Translations under genes and position numbers: made by a program | Part shown: piece after piece, positions 24,066 through 32,000 of the stretch | How positions within the stretch are numbered: position 1 is the stretch's first letter | Layout of the letters: each line of letters starts with the position of its first letter | The notes under the pieces: model-generated | The model's input: only the letters and a program-made list of their open reading frames with translations | Databases searched by the model: none | What the model was told of the DNA's origin: nothing | Assembly (NCBI GenBank): GCA_021735045.1 | Contig: JAIPHU010000009.1 | Coordinates: 13,925-45,924, forward strand | Length of the DNA: 32,000 bases | DNA from: Candidatus Omnitrophota bacterium | GTDB lineage: Bacteria; Omnitrophota; Gorgyraeia; Duberdicusellales; 4484-171 | Reading direction: 5' to 3'

Positions 24066-24950
24066 TTAACCAGTTATTAGCTTATATTCTTTTAAGGTTT
24101 TTTTAAGTTTAGTTAAATTATTTTTATCCATCTTATAAAGAGGTAATCTAAAGTTACCTTCAATAAGCCCCATCAGTTTTAAAGCAGTTTTAACAGGGAT
24201 GGGGTTAGTTTCGATAAATAAGGTTTTAATTAAATCATAAAGCTCTAACTGTATTTTTTTTGCTTTATTTATATTACCTTTTAGAAAACTTTCGGTTAAC
24301 TGATGAGTTTTTTTAGGCATAACGTTAGCTACAACCGATATTACCCCTGAACCGCCTACTGACATAATTGGCAAAATTATTTGGTCATTTCCGGATAAAA
24401 GCGAAAAACCTTTTGGGGCCATAGACATAATTTCTACAGCTTGAGCTAAGCTTCCCGAAGCTTCTTTTATTCCTACAACATTTTTACACTTCTTAGCAAT
24501 CTCGATTACAGTCTGAGGTAAAATATTTACACCAGTCCGCCCCGGAACATTATAGATAATAACCGGAATATTAACTGAGTTTGCTATTTTTTTAAAATGC
24601 TGGATAAGCCCTGATTGTGTAGGCTTATTATAGTAAGGAGTTATTACCAAAGCATAATCAGCCCCCACTTTTTTAGCGTATTTAGTTAAATCTAGAGCTT
24701 CATCGGTAGAATTAGATCCAGCTCCTGCAATTATTGGTATCCTCTTTTTTGCTTCCTCAACTGCAATACTAATTACCTTTTTATGTTCTTGGTGAGTTAA
24801 GGTCGCGCTTTCTCCGGTAGTTCCACAGACTAAAATCCCATCTGTTTTATTTTTAATATGCCAATTGATTAAAAATCTAAGTTTATCTTCATCTATTGAC
24901 CTATCTTTTTTAAATGGCGCAACTAAAGCTACCATACTTCCTTTAAGCAT
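24066..24950 (-). CDS. dapA: 4-hydroxy-tetrahydrodipicolinate synthase
   Basis: 294 aa. CGTTGES, YNVPGRTG and IVGIKEASG motifs. SD GGGAGG is upstream. Confidence 0.95.
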   Translation of the reverse strand: MLKGSMVALVAPFKKDRSIDEDKLRFLINWHIKNKTDGILVCGTTGESATLTHQEHKKVISIAVEEAKKRIPIIAGAGSNSTDEALDLTKYAKKVGADYALVITPYYNKPTQSGLIQHFKKIANSVNIPVIIYNVPGRTGVNILPQTVIEIAKKCKNVVGIKEASGSLAQAVEIMSMAPKGFSLLSGNDQIILPIMSVGGSGVISVVANVMPKKTHQLTESFLKGNINKAKKIQLELYDLIKTLFIETNPIPVKTALKLMGLIEGNFRLPLYKMDKNNLTKLKKTLKEYKLITG

Positions 24951-24970
24951 AAATATCCTCCCATTAAAAA

Positions 24971-25076
24971 TGTTATTATTTAGCGAATACCTTTATTTTT
25001 AATGGCACTTAAGCCAAATTCCTTGGCGAAGTGCCTTATATTTAATGCTATTATTTAGCGAATACCTTTATTTTTG
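24971..25076. repeat. 30-bp direct repeat (29/30) flanking a 46-bp hairpin; one copy is the 3' end of dapF
   Basis: tgttattatttagcgaatacctttattttt (24971-25000) matches tgctattatttagcgaatacctttattttt (25047-25076). Between them lies GGCACTTaaGCCAAattccTTGGCgAAGTGCC. Confidence 0.85.
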
Positions 25077-25942
25077 AACTGACCTTCATAAACAATAAAG
25101 GCTTTTCCCTCAAACCAAACATCTTCAGCTTGACCTTTATTTAATCTAAAATTAGCCTTAAGGAGTTCGCCTCCTTTTGTCTGTATTCTAACTTTTTGCC
25201 TAGAGGTGACTTTGACATCCTTTTTTTGTTTTTTTATAGAAAACAAAATAGCTGAGGCAATAGTCCCTGTGCCACAAGCTAAAGTTTCAGCTTCGACCCC
25301 TCTTTCATAAGTTCTAATTTTAATTTTATCATCATCTAGGGGTTCAACAAAATCAACATTAACACCTTGAGGAAAAAAGTGTTGATGAAACCTTATCGGC
25401 CTACCAATTTTTTCCACTTCGATATTATCTAAACCCTCTACAAATATAACAACGTGAGGAACACCGGTATTTATAAAATTAACTTTAATTTTTCGACCTA
25501 AAACCTTCAGTGGTATATTTTCAATTAATCCAAACGGCTTAGTAATTTTTGCTTTTATTCTGGCTGAAATTAAATTTTTATCTTCTTTTATTTTGCTGGC
25601 CAGATTAGCCTCAATAATGCCTGCTTTTGTATTAAATCTTATCCTTTTATTTAATCCTAAATTAGAAAAATACGCCCTCCATAAAGCTACACAACGAGCA
25701 CCATTGCCACACATCTCTGCCTCTGTGCCATCGGCATTAAAGATCCTCATCTTAAAATCACTAATCTTTGAAGGTTCAACAACTAACAATCCATCAGCTC
25801 CTATGCCCTGCTTTCTGACACAATATTTTTTAGCAAAGGCAGAAAGATATCTTTTACCCTTGTCTTTTAAAAAGTTGCCTTTATCTATTAAGATGAAATC
25901 GTTTCCTGATGCTTGTAACTTATAAAAGTTAATCTTTTTCAT
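25055..25942 (-). CDS. dapF: Diaminopimelate epimerase
   Basis: 295 aa. Both catalytic Cys motifs are present (MCGNGARC and LACGTGTIAS). Confidence 0.95.
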   Translation of the reverse strand: MKKINFYKLQASGNDFILIDKGNFLKDKGKRYLSAFAKKYCVRKQGIGADGLLVVEPSKISDFKMRIFNADGTEAEMCGNGARCVALWRAYFSNLGLNKRIRFNTKAGIIEANLASKIKEDKNLISARIKAKITKPFGLIENIPLKVLGRKIKVNFINTGVPHVVIFVEGLDNIEVEKIGRPIRFHQHFFPQGVNVDFVEPLDDDKIKIRTYERGVEAETLACGTGTIASAILFSIKKQKKDVKVTSRQKVRIQTKGGELLKANFRLNKGQAEDVWFEGKAFIVYEGQFKNKGIR

Positions 25943-25955
25943 GAACTTTAATGTT

Positions 25956-27206
25956 TTAAATAATTATTTCTTGTTTGATTAAATCCTGATAGCTTTCTCT
26001 TTTTTTAATCCGGTAACATCTCTTATTATTTATTAGAACCTCAGGGGCTCGGCGTCTAGAATTATAGTTAGAACTCATTGAAGTTCCATAAGCTCCTGCA
26101 CCAAAAACCGCTAAATAGTCACCTTCATCTGCTGAGATTTTACGCTTTTTGCCTAAAAAATCACCACTTTCACAAACTGGGCCTACTATATCAACTAGCT
26201 TATTTTTCTGAAATAATTTATTTTTATTTTCATCGACCGTAATTATTTTATGATAAGCATTATACAAAGAAGGCCTTAAGAAATCATTCATCGCCGCATC
26301 AACTACAATAAAACCTTTGTTATAGCTTTCCTTATTGTATAAAACTTTAGTTACCAATATCCCCGCATTACCGATAATAAATCTCCCCGGCTCAAGAATA
26401 ACTTTTAATCCAATAGTCTTAAGTAAGGGTAAGGTATTTTTAGCAAACTCTTTAGCAGTTTGAGGTTGTTCATCCTTATAAACAATACCTAGGCCTCCGC
26501 CGATATTTAAGAATTCTAAATTTTTACTTGCCGGTATTGCAGCTAAAAACTCTTTAGTTTTTTTAAGAGCAGAAATAAAAGGAAAACTTTCTGTGATTTG
26601 TGAACCAATATGGAGGTGAATCCCAGCTATAATGACATTTTTATATTTATCTGCGCCAAGAAAAATTTCTCTTGCACTTTTTTTATCAATCCCAAACTTT
26701 GTTTCTTTTTTGCCGGTAGTAATATATTTATGAGTTTTTGACTCAACATCGGGATTAAGCCTTAAGGAAACTCTCACCTTTTTGCCGGATTTTTTAGCGA
26801 TTTTATCTATTCGCTTTAGTTCATTTGTTGATTCGACGTTAAACATAAAAATATCTTCGGCAATTGCTTCTTTGATCTCTTCTTCTGTTTTTCCCACCGA
26901 TGCATAAACAATCTTTTCTGAATGACACTTTATTTTTTTAGCCCGATAAAGTTCCCCACCGGAAACTATATCTAGGCCAGCACCGGCTTTAACCAAAAGT
27001 TTTAAAATAGAAAGATTTGAATTAGCTTTTACTGAATAACAGATTAAAGGCTTTATCTGACTAAAAGCTTCTTTTAGCTTAGAAAAATGCTCTAATATAG
27101 TTTTTTGGCTATAGATAAAAAGAGGAGTATCGTATTTTTTAGCTATCTTTTTTACCGATACCCCTTCACAATATAAACTACTATTTTTGTATTTAAAATA
27201 ATCCAT
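25956..27206 (-). CDS. lysA: Diaminopimelate decarboxylase
   Basis: 416 aa. PLP lysine motif YSVKAN, plus NIGGGLG and CESGD. Confidence 0.95.
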   Translation of the reverse strand: MDYFKYKNSSLYCEGVSVKKIAKKYDTPLFIYSQKTILEHFSKLKEAFSQIKPLICYSVKANSNLSILKLLVKAGAGLDIVSGGELYRAKKIKCHSEKIVYASVGKTEEEIKEAIAEDIFMFNVESTNELKRIDKIAKKSGKKVRVSLRLNPDVESKTHKYITTGKKETKFGIDKKSAREIFLGADKYKNVIIAGIHLHIGSQITESFPFISALKKTKEFLAAIPASKNLEFLNIGGGLGIVYKDEQPQTAKEFAKNTLPLLKTIGLKVILEPGRFIIGNAGILVTKVLYNKESYNKGFIVVDAAMNDFLRPSLYNAYHKIITVDENKNKLFQKNKLVDIVGPVCESGDFLGKKRKISADEGDYLAVFGAGAYGTSMSSNYNSRRRAPEVLINNKRCYRIKKRESYQDLIKQEIII

Positions 27207-27210
27207 ATCT

Positions 27211-27249
27211 AATTTGGTTAATTGATTAATTGGTTAATTGATTAATTGG
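27211..27249. repeat. TTAATTGG/TTAATTGA octamer array between argH and lysA
   Basis: aatttggttaattgattaattggttaattgattaattgg has a 16-bp period repeated twice. It overlaps the argH stop codon and ends 5 nt from the lysA ATG. Confidence 0.8.
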
Positions 27250-28618
27250 AAGAAGTGCGCTTCTTTTTCGGTAAAGACTTTTTTGATGCTATCGCATATT
27301 CAGGTGTCATTATCTTTTTTATCTCTTTAGCAGTTAACTTTTCGTGAAATTTAACTAAATCAGCATCTTTCATCTCTTTTATGTTTATATTTTTGTCTTC
27401 CGAATATCTTATTAGTTTGCCTATTATATCATGAGCAACCCTAAACGCAACGTCTTTATTAACCAAAAACTCAACAAGTTCAGTAGCATACAGCTCCTGA
27501 TCCTCAAGAGCTATAGCTATTTGGCCTTTTTTTACTTTGACCCCTCTTAAAAAATCAGACATAACACTCAGTTCATCTTCAATCGTTTCGGTTGATGAAA
27601 ACAAAGGTTCTTTATCCAACTGCATATCACGGTTATAAGTTAAAGGAATACCTTTCATCGTAGTCAAAATTGATACTAAATTTCCATAAATTTTTCCACT
27701 ACTACCTCTCACTAACTCTAAAAAATCAGGATTCTTTTTATGAGGCATTAAAGAAGATCCCGTGCAAAATTCTTCGGGTAAATCAAAAAAATTAAATTCC
27801 TTGGTTGAAAAAAGGATAAAATCCTCAGCTAAACGAGATAAATGCATCTGTAAAATAGATAAAATATTTAAAAATTCAATAACAAAATCACGGCTAGAAA
27901 CATTATCTAAAGAATTTTTGACTGTTTTAGACTTACCTTCTTTTATCCCCGGCTTAATCTTTTTTAAAAATTTCTTTATTCCTTCAGAATAAGCAGATTT
28001 AGGTATAGCACTACCGGCTAAAGCTCCTGAACCAATATAAATAGAAGATTTTTTTATAAAATTATCAAGTCTCTCAAAATCTCTTTCGAACATACAAAAA
28101 AATGCTCCGGTATAATCGAGAAAAGATACAATTTGTGCCCTTTGAGTATGAGTATAGCCAGGGAGGGTAATATCCCGATATTTATTGCCTAAATAGTTTA
28201 AAGATGACAAAACTACATTCAAAAGACTCAAGATATATATTCCTTCTTTATAACAATACCATTTTTGATCAAAAACAACTTGATCATTACGAGACCTTAA
28301 AGTATGTAGCTTTTGCGCAAGTTCTCCTACCTTTTCTTCCATACGATTCTGAATATCAGTATGAATATCTTCAGAGCTGCTATCTGGCTTAAAAGCACCT
28401 CTTTGGACTTCTTTAAAAATATCGGCTAATCCATCGGTAAGCTTTTTGGCTTCACTTCTATTTAAAATACCTGCTTCTTTTAAGGCGGTGGTATGGATGA
28501 TCGAATGATAGATATCATATTCAGCTAACTTCCAATCTATATCGATTGATTGCTGAAAACGAAAAAAATCTTTACTTATTTTCTTCTTGAATCTCCCGCC
28601 CCACATTTGTTTACTCAT
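27242..28618 (-). CDS. argH: Argininosuccinate lyase
   Basis: 458 aa. Fumarate-lyase signature GSSLMPHKKNPD, plus TLPGYTHTQRAQ. Confidence 0.95.
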   Translation of the reverse strand: MSKQMWGGRFKKKISKDFFRFQQSIDIDWKLAEYDIYHSIIHTTALKEAGILNRSEAKKLTDGLADIFKEVQRGAFKPDSSSEDIHTDIQNRMEEKVGELAQKLHTLRSRNDQVVFDQKWYCYKEGIYILSLLNVVLSSLNYLGNKYRDITLPGYTHTQRAQIVSFLDYTGAFFCMFERDFERLDNFIKKSSIYIGSGALAGSAIPKSAYSEGIKKFLKKIKPGIKEGKSKTVKNSLDNVSSRDFVIEFLNILSILQMHLSRLAEDFILFSTKEFNFFDLPEEFCTGSSLMPHKKNPDFLELVRGSSGKIYGNLVSILTTMKGIPLTYNRDMQLDKEPLFSSTETIEDELSVMSDFLRGVKVKKGQIAIALEDQELYATELVEFLVNKDVAFRVAHDIIGKLIRYSEDKNINIKEMKDADLVKFHEKLTAKEIKKIMTPEYAIASKKSLPKKKRTSSN

Positions 28619-28620
28619 TT

Positions 28621-29811
28621 CTATTTACCTCTCCTAAAAGGATTTGCTAATATATTTATAAATCCTTCAGCCCATTCTCTAGAAAATAAATCTTTTTTAC
28701 CATAAGTAGCCAGGCTCTTCTTATACAAAGAATATTTTGAACTTCTTTTTAAAGTAACAACATTTCCTTTATATAGCTTAAACAAAACTTTACCTGTTAA
28801 TTTAGTTGAAGACTCCTTTAAGAAAGCATCTAGAGAATCTTTTAATTCATAAAACCAAAAACCATGGTAAACAAGATCGGCATAGCGCTTTGCAATAATC
28901 TCCTTAAACTCTAACATGTCTTTGGTAAAAACCAGCTCCTCTATCTCTGCTAAAGCCTTATGCAAGATCCAAGCCGCCGGTGCTTCATAGATCTCCCTGG
29001 ATTTTATTCCCACCACTCTATCTTCGATTAAATCAGTTCTCCCAATTGCATGCCGGCCGCCGATTTTATTTAAGCTTTCGATAATATCAGTAAATTCCAT
29101 TGCTTTTTTGTTTATCTTTACAGGGCAACCCTCAGAAAACTCAATCTCAACTTCTTCTGAATCATCAAGGGCAGCCTGCGCAGATTTAGTTAAGATATAG
29201 GCTTCCTCGGGAACACTATTATCTAAATCTTCCAACAAGCCCGCTTCAATACTTACACCCCAAATATTTTTATCGATACTATAAATTTTATTCTTGGTAG
29301 ACTCAACAGATATCTTATTTTTCCTTGCATAGTCTATCTCCTCTTCACGTGACTTTAACTCCCAACTACGCAACGGAGCAATAATCTCTAGATCCGGAGC
29401 AAGAGATTTAACTGCCAGTTCTAGGCGAATCTGATCGTTACCTTTAGCACTACAGCCGTGAGCTACAAATTTAGCATTTTCTGACCTGGCAATTTCAACT
29501 AAATATTTTGCAATTAAAGGCCTTCCTAAAGCAGTGCTGAGTAGATATTTATTTTGATATAAAGCCCCGGCTTTAAGCGCCGGTAAAATATAATTTTTTG
29601 AAAATTCTTCTCGCAAGTCTTTAACATAAACATTAAAAGCCCCACCTTCTTTGGCCTTAGTTTTAATTTCCTTTGGCAAAAACTCACTGCCTAAATTAGC
29701 TGAAAAACAGATAACTTCAAAGCCTTTGTCTTTTAACCAATTAAGACAACAAGAAGTATCTAGGCCACCAGAATATGCTAAAATTAACTTTTCTTTTTTC
29801 ATTTTTCCCAA
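28621..29811 (-). CDS. argG: Argininosuccinate synthase
   Basis: 396 aa. AYSGGLDTS ATP-binding motif and GCSAKGNDQIR. Confidence 0.95.
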   Translation of the reverse strand: MGKMKKEKLILAYSGGLDTSCCLNWLKDKGFEVICFSANLGSEFLPKEIKTKAKEGGAFNVYVKDLREEFSKNYILPALKAGALYQNKYLLSTALGRPLIAKYLVEIARSENAKFVAHGCSAKGNDQIRLELAVKSLAPDLEIIAPLRSWELKSREEEIDYARKNKISVESTKNKIYSIDKNIWGVSIEAGLLEDLDNSVPEEAYILTKSAQAALDDSEEVEIEFSEGCPVKINKKAMEFTDIIESLNKIGGRHAIGRTDLIEDRVVGIKSREIYEAPAAWILHKALAEIEELVFTKDMLEFKEIIAKRYADLVYHGFWFYELKDSLDAFLKESSTKLTGKVLFKLYKGNVVTLKRSSKYSLYKKSLATYGKKDLFSREWAEGFINILANPFRRGK

Positions 29812-30719
29812 ATAAAAATAAGGATAGCTTTTGCCGCATGCAAACGATTAGCAGCTTGCAGAAACACTACAGAATTATCTCCTTCAAAAACCGAATCAGT
29901 AACCTCTTGGCCCCGATGGGCGGGAAGACAATGCATAACGACGCTATCTTTTTTTGCCTTTTCTAAAATTTTACCATTAATTTGAAAATTTTTAAATACT
30001 TTCTCTCTCTGCTTTGCTTCATCTTCTCTGCCCATAGATGACCAAACATCTGTATAAAGGACATCTGCTGCTTCTGCTGCTTCTTCCGGTGAACTACCAA
30101 TAGTAAAACTACCTCCGTTTTTAGCAAATTTTTCTTCTATTTCTTTGATAGTTTCTTTATCAAAGCAGTATTGTTCAGGAGTAGCTATAGATAGATTACC
30201 CCCCAGTATAGAAAAAGCATTAATCAACGAGTTACAAACATTATTAGTATCACCTATATAGCTAAATTTAATCTTTTCAATATCTTTCTTTAGTTCAGTA
30301 ACAGTAAGTATATCAGCTATAACTTGAGAAGGATGATATAAATCCGTCAGGCCGTTTACGATGGGAATTGAAGAAAATTTAGCAAACTCTAGAATATCTT
30401 GATGTGAAAATGTACGCAATACAGCTACATCTAAATATTGAGAAAGAGTACGAGAAACATCACAAATCTCTTCCCTTTGGCCAAGCCGAACCTCTTGAGG
30501 ATCATAGTAGATGGCACTAGCCCCTAACTGCTGCGCTCCTAGATAAAATGACGTTTTAGTTCGCAAGGATGGTTTTTCAAACAATAAACCTATATGTTTC
30601 TTTAGAAAAAAATTGCTAAAATCTTGAGGATGAGCTTTCACTTCTTGAGCTATACTGACTATATCTAGAAGCTGGTGTTTGCTTAAATTTTTTAAAGAAA
30701 TAAAATTTTTTTTGGCCAT
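29799..30719 (-). CDS. argF: Ornithine carbamoyltransferase
   Basis: 306 aa. FEKPSLRTK (SxRT), HPSQ and HCLPAHRGQEV. Confidence 0.9.
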   Translation of the reverse strand: MAKKNFISLKNLSKHQLLDIVSIAQEVKAHPQDFSNFFLKKHIGLLFEKPSLRTKTSFYLGAQQLGASAIYYDPQEVRLGQREEICDVSRTLSQYLDVAVLRTFSHQDILEFAKFSSIPIVNGLTDLYHPSQVIADILTVTELKKDIEKIKFSYIGDTNNVCNSLINAFSILGGNLSIATPEQYCFDKETIKEIEEKFAKNGGSFTIGSSPEEAAEAADVLYTDVWSSMGREDEAKQREKVFKNFQINGKILEKAKKDSVVMHCLPAHRGQEVTDSVFEGDNSVVFLQAANRLHAAKAILIFIWEK

Positions 30720-30723
30720 GTTT

Positions 30724-31911
30724 TTACCTACATTTCTTATTTTTTTTTATAGCTCTAAAAATATCTTCTAATATGGCAATCCCTTGATCTATTTCTGCTT
30801 TTTTTACATTTAAGGCCGGCATGATTCTTAGAACATTTTCATGAGTTGAATTTATGATCAACTTTTTTTTCAGTGCCGTCTTAAAGATCGGTGCAGTTGG
30901 ACAACTACATTCAATTGCCTGCATCAGAGCCATTCCTCTTACCCGTTTTATCAAAGAAAACTTATCTTTTAGCTTGAGTAATGATCGCTTCAGATATTTA
31001 CCTTGTTTTCTTACATTACTTAAAAGATCTTCTTCCTTGATAATATCAAAAACTTCTCCTGCAACTCTAGTTACAAAAGGAGAACCACCAAAAGTCGAAG
31101 CATGCATACCCGGCTTTATTATATCAGCGATTCTTTTTTTAACAACTATAGCCGATACAGGAACCCCTGCTCCTAGGCCTTTAGACAAAACTAAGATATC
31201 TGGTTTTAAATTATAGTGCTGGTAACAAAACATCTTGCCGGTTCTACCCATACCAGTTTGAACTTCGTCGATAATTAACAATATTTTATTAGCTTGGCAA
31301 AACTCTGCTACTTTTTTTACATAATTTTTATCAGCTACATTGACCCCACCTTCTCCCTGAATCAACTCTAAAATTACGGCTGAAGTTTTTGCACTAACCT
31401 TAGATTTAAAATGATCAAAATCATTGAATCTGGCTTCCTTAAAACCACCTAATAATGGTTTAAAATGCTTCTTATGCTTTTTTTGCCCAGTTGCCGAAAG
31501 AGCTCCCAGGGTTCTACCATGAAAAGAATTCTGCATAACTATTATCTGGTTACAACCCGGGCGCCAAAGACGAGAAAACTTAATTGCAGCTTCAACTCCT
31601 TCAGCTCCCGAATTAGCAAAAAAAACTTTAGATCTAAAACTAAGCTGGCTAATTTTTTTAGCTAATATTGCCTGTTGACAAGAAAATAAATTATTAGGAA
31701 GGTGAATAAGCTTACTGGCCTGATCGCCAATAACCTTGGCTAGACGCCGGTGGCAATGGCCTAAAATAGATACTCCCCAACCAGGAAATAAATCTAGATA
31801 ACGCACTCCTTTAGAATCTTCTAGCCAACTGCCTTTACCTTTTACAAAAACCGGCCCTTGTCGGTTATAAGTGTTTAGGCTATATCTTTTGTATAAACTT
31901 TTGATATCCAT
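30724..31911 (-). CDS. argD: Acetylornithine aminotransferase (class III PLP aminotransferase)
   Basis: 395 aa. ANSGAEGVEAAIK, LIIDEVQTGMGRTGK and LSKGLGAG (PLP Lys). It heads the arg gene run. Confidence 0.85.
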   Translation of the reverse strand: MDIKSLYKRYSLNTYNRQGPVFVKGKGSWLEDSKGVRYLDLFPGWGVSILGHCHRRLAKVIGDQASKLIHLPNNLFSCQQAILAKKISQLSFRSKVFFANSGAEGVEAAIKFSRLWRPGCNQIIVMQNSFHGRTLGALSATGQKKHKKHFKPLLGGFKEARFNDFDHFKSKVSAKTSAVILELIQGEGGVNVADKNYVKKVAEFCQANKILLIIDEVQTGMGRTGKMFCYQHYNLKPDILVLSKGLGAGVPVSAIVVKKRIADIIKPGMHASTFGGSPFVTRVAGEVFDIIKEEDLLSNVRKQGKYLKRSLLKLKDKFSLIKRVRGMALMQAIECSCPTAPIFKTALKKKLIINSTHENVLRIMPALNVKKAEIDQGIAILEDIFRAIKKNKKCR

Positions 31912-31932
31912 TTTTTAATTTTTATGTCTTTT

Positions 31933-31987
31933 AGGGCAGGCACATAGGCCTGCCCCTACATTGGGCGAGGACAAGCCTCGCCCCTAC
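31933..31987 (-). repeat. Two tandem REP-like hairpins of the same family
   Basis: Minus strand: GTAGGGGCGAGG-cttgt-CCTCGCCC, then aat, then GTAGGGGCAGGC-ctatgt-GCCTGCCC. Both start with GTAGGGGC as at 23181-23212 and lie in the same orientation, upstream of argD. Confidence 0.8.
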
Positions 31988-32000
31988 TTGATTATTTCGG

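Overview
This is an AT-rich (roughly two-thirds A+T by eye) bacterial chromosomal segment. All 34 CDS and the one tRNA I can support lie on the minus strand, and all plus-strand ORFs in the track look like antisense shadows.

Gene content is mostly housekeeping. In transcription order (high to low coordinates):
- An arginine/lysine biosynthesis run: argD-argF-argG-argH-lysA-dapF-dapA-dapB, followed by a putative LL-DAP aminotransferase.
- A PEBP-family protein, eno and ftsB, then an initiator tRNA-Met.
- A small accessory islet: an MntA/HepT toxin-antitoxin pair, a polytopic membrane protein, a 91-aa Cys-containing anchored protein and an unlisted 33-aa basic CCCH mini-protein.
- An OmpA-like lipoprotein plus a coiled-coil partner.
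- The conserved envelope/isoprenoid cluster uppS-cdsA-dxr-rseP-ispG.
- An orphan CpaF/TadA-like secretion ATPase, then proS, rimP-nusA-infB, trpS, scpA and ruvB.
- A large ORF (1..1460, minus) that is missing from the ORF track because it runs off the window edge.

I do not see a convincing new multi-gene system. The points most worth a second look are:
- The TA cassette is bracketed by a duplicated ~60-bp terminator+promoter module next to the initiator tRNA.
- The self-contained CCCH mini-gene.
- The secretion ATPase is translationally coupled into a core operon with no partner genes.
- GC-rich REP-like GTAG hairpins in an AT-rich genome.
- Intergenic spacers largely built from recurring low-complexity palindrome or tandem families (CAAAT/ATTTG hairpins, TTAATTGG octamer arrays, GCTCWTRGC palindromes, ATTCGTATAT boxes).
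- A 30-bp duplication of the dapF 3' end.
- Sequence-level peculiarities in ProRS (no INS domain, Cys4 mini-insert), TrpRS (Cys4 motif) and CdsA (altered signature).

All functional calls come from motif recognition by eye; no database search was run.
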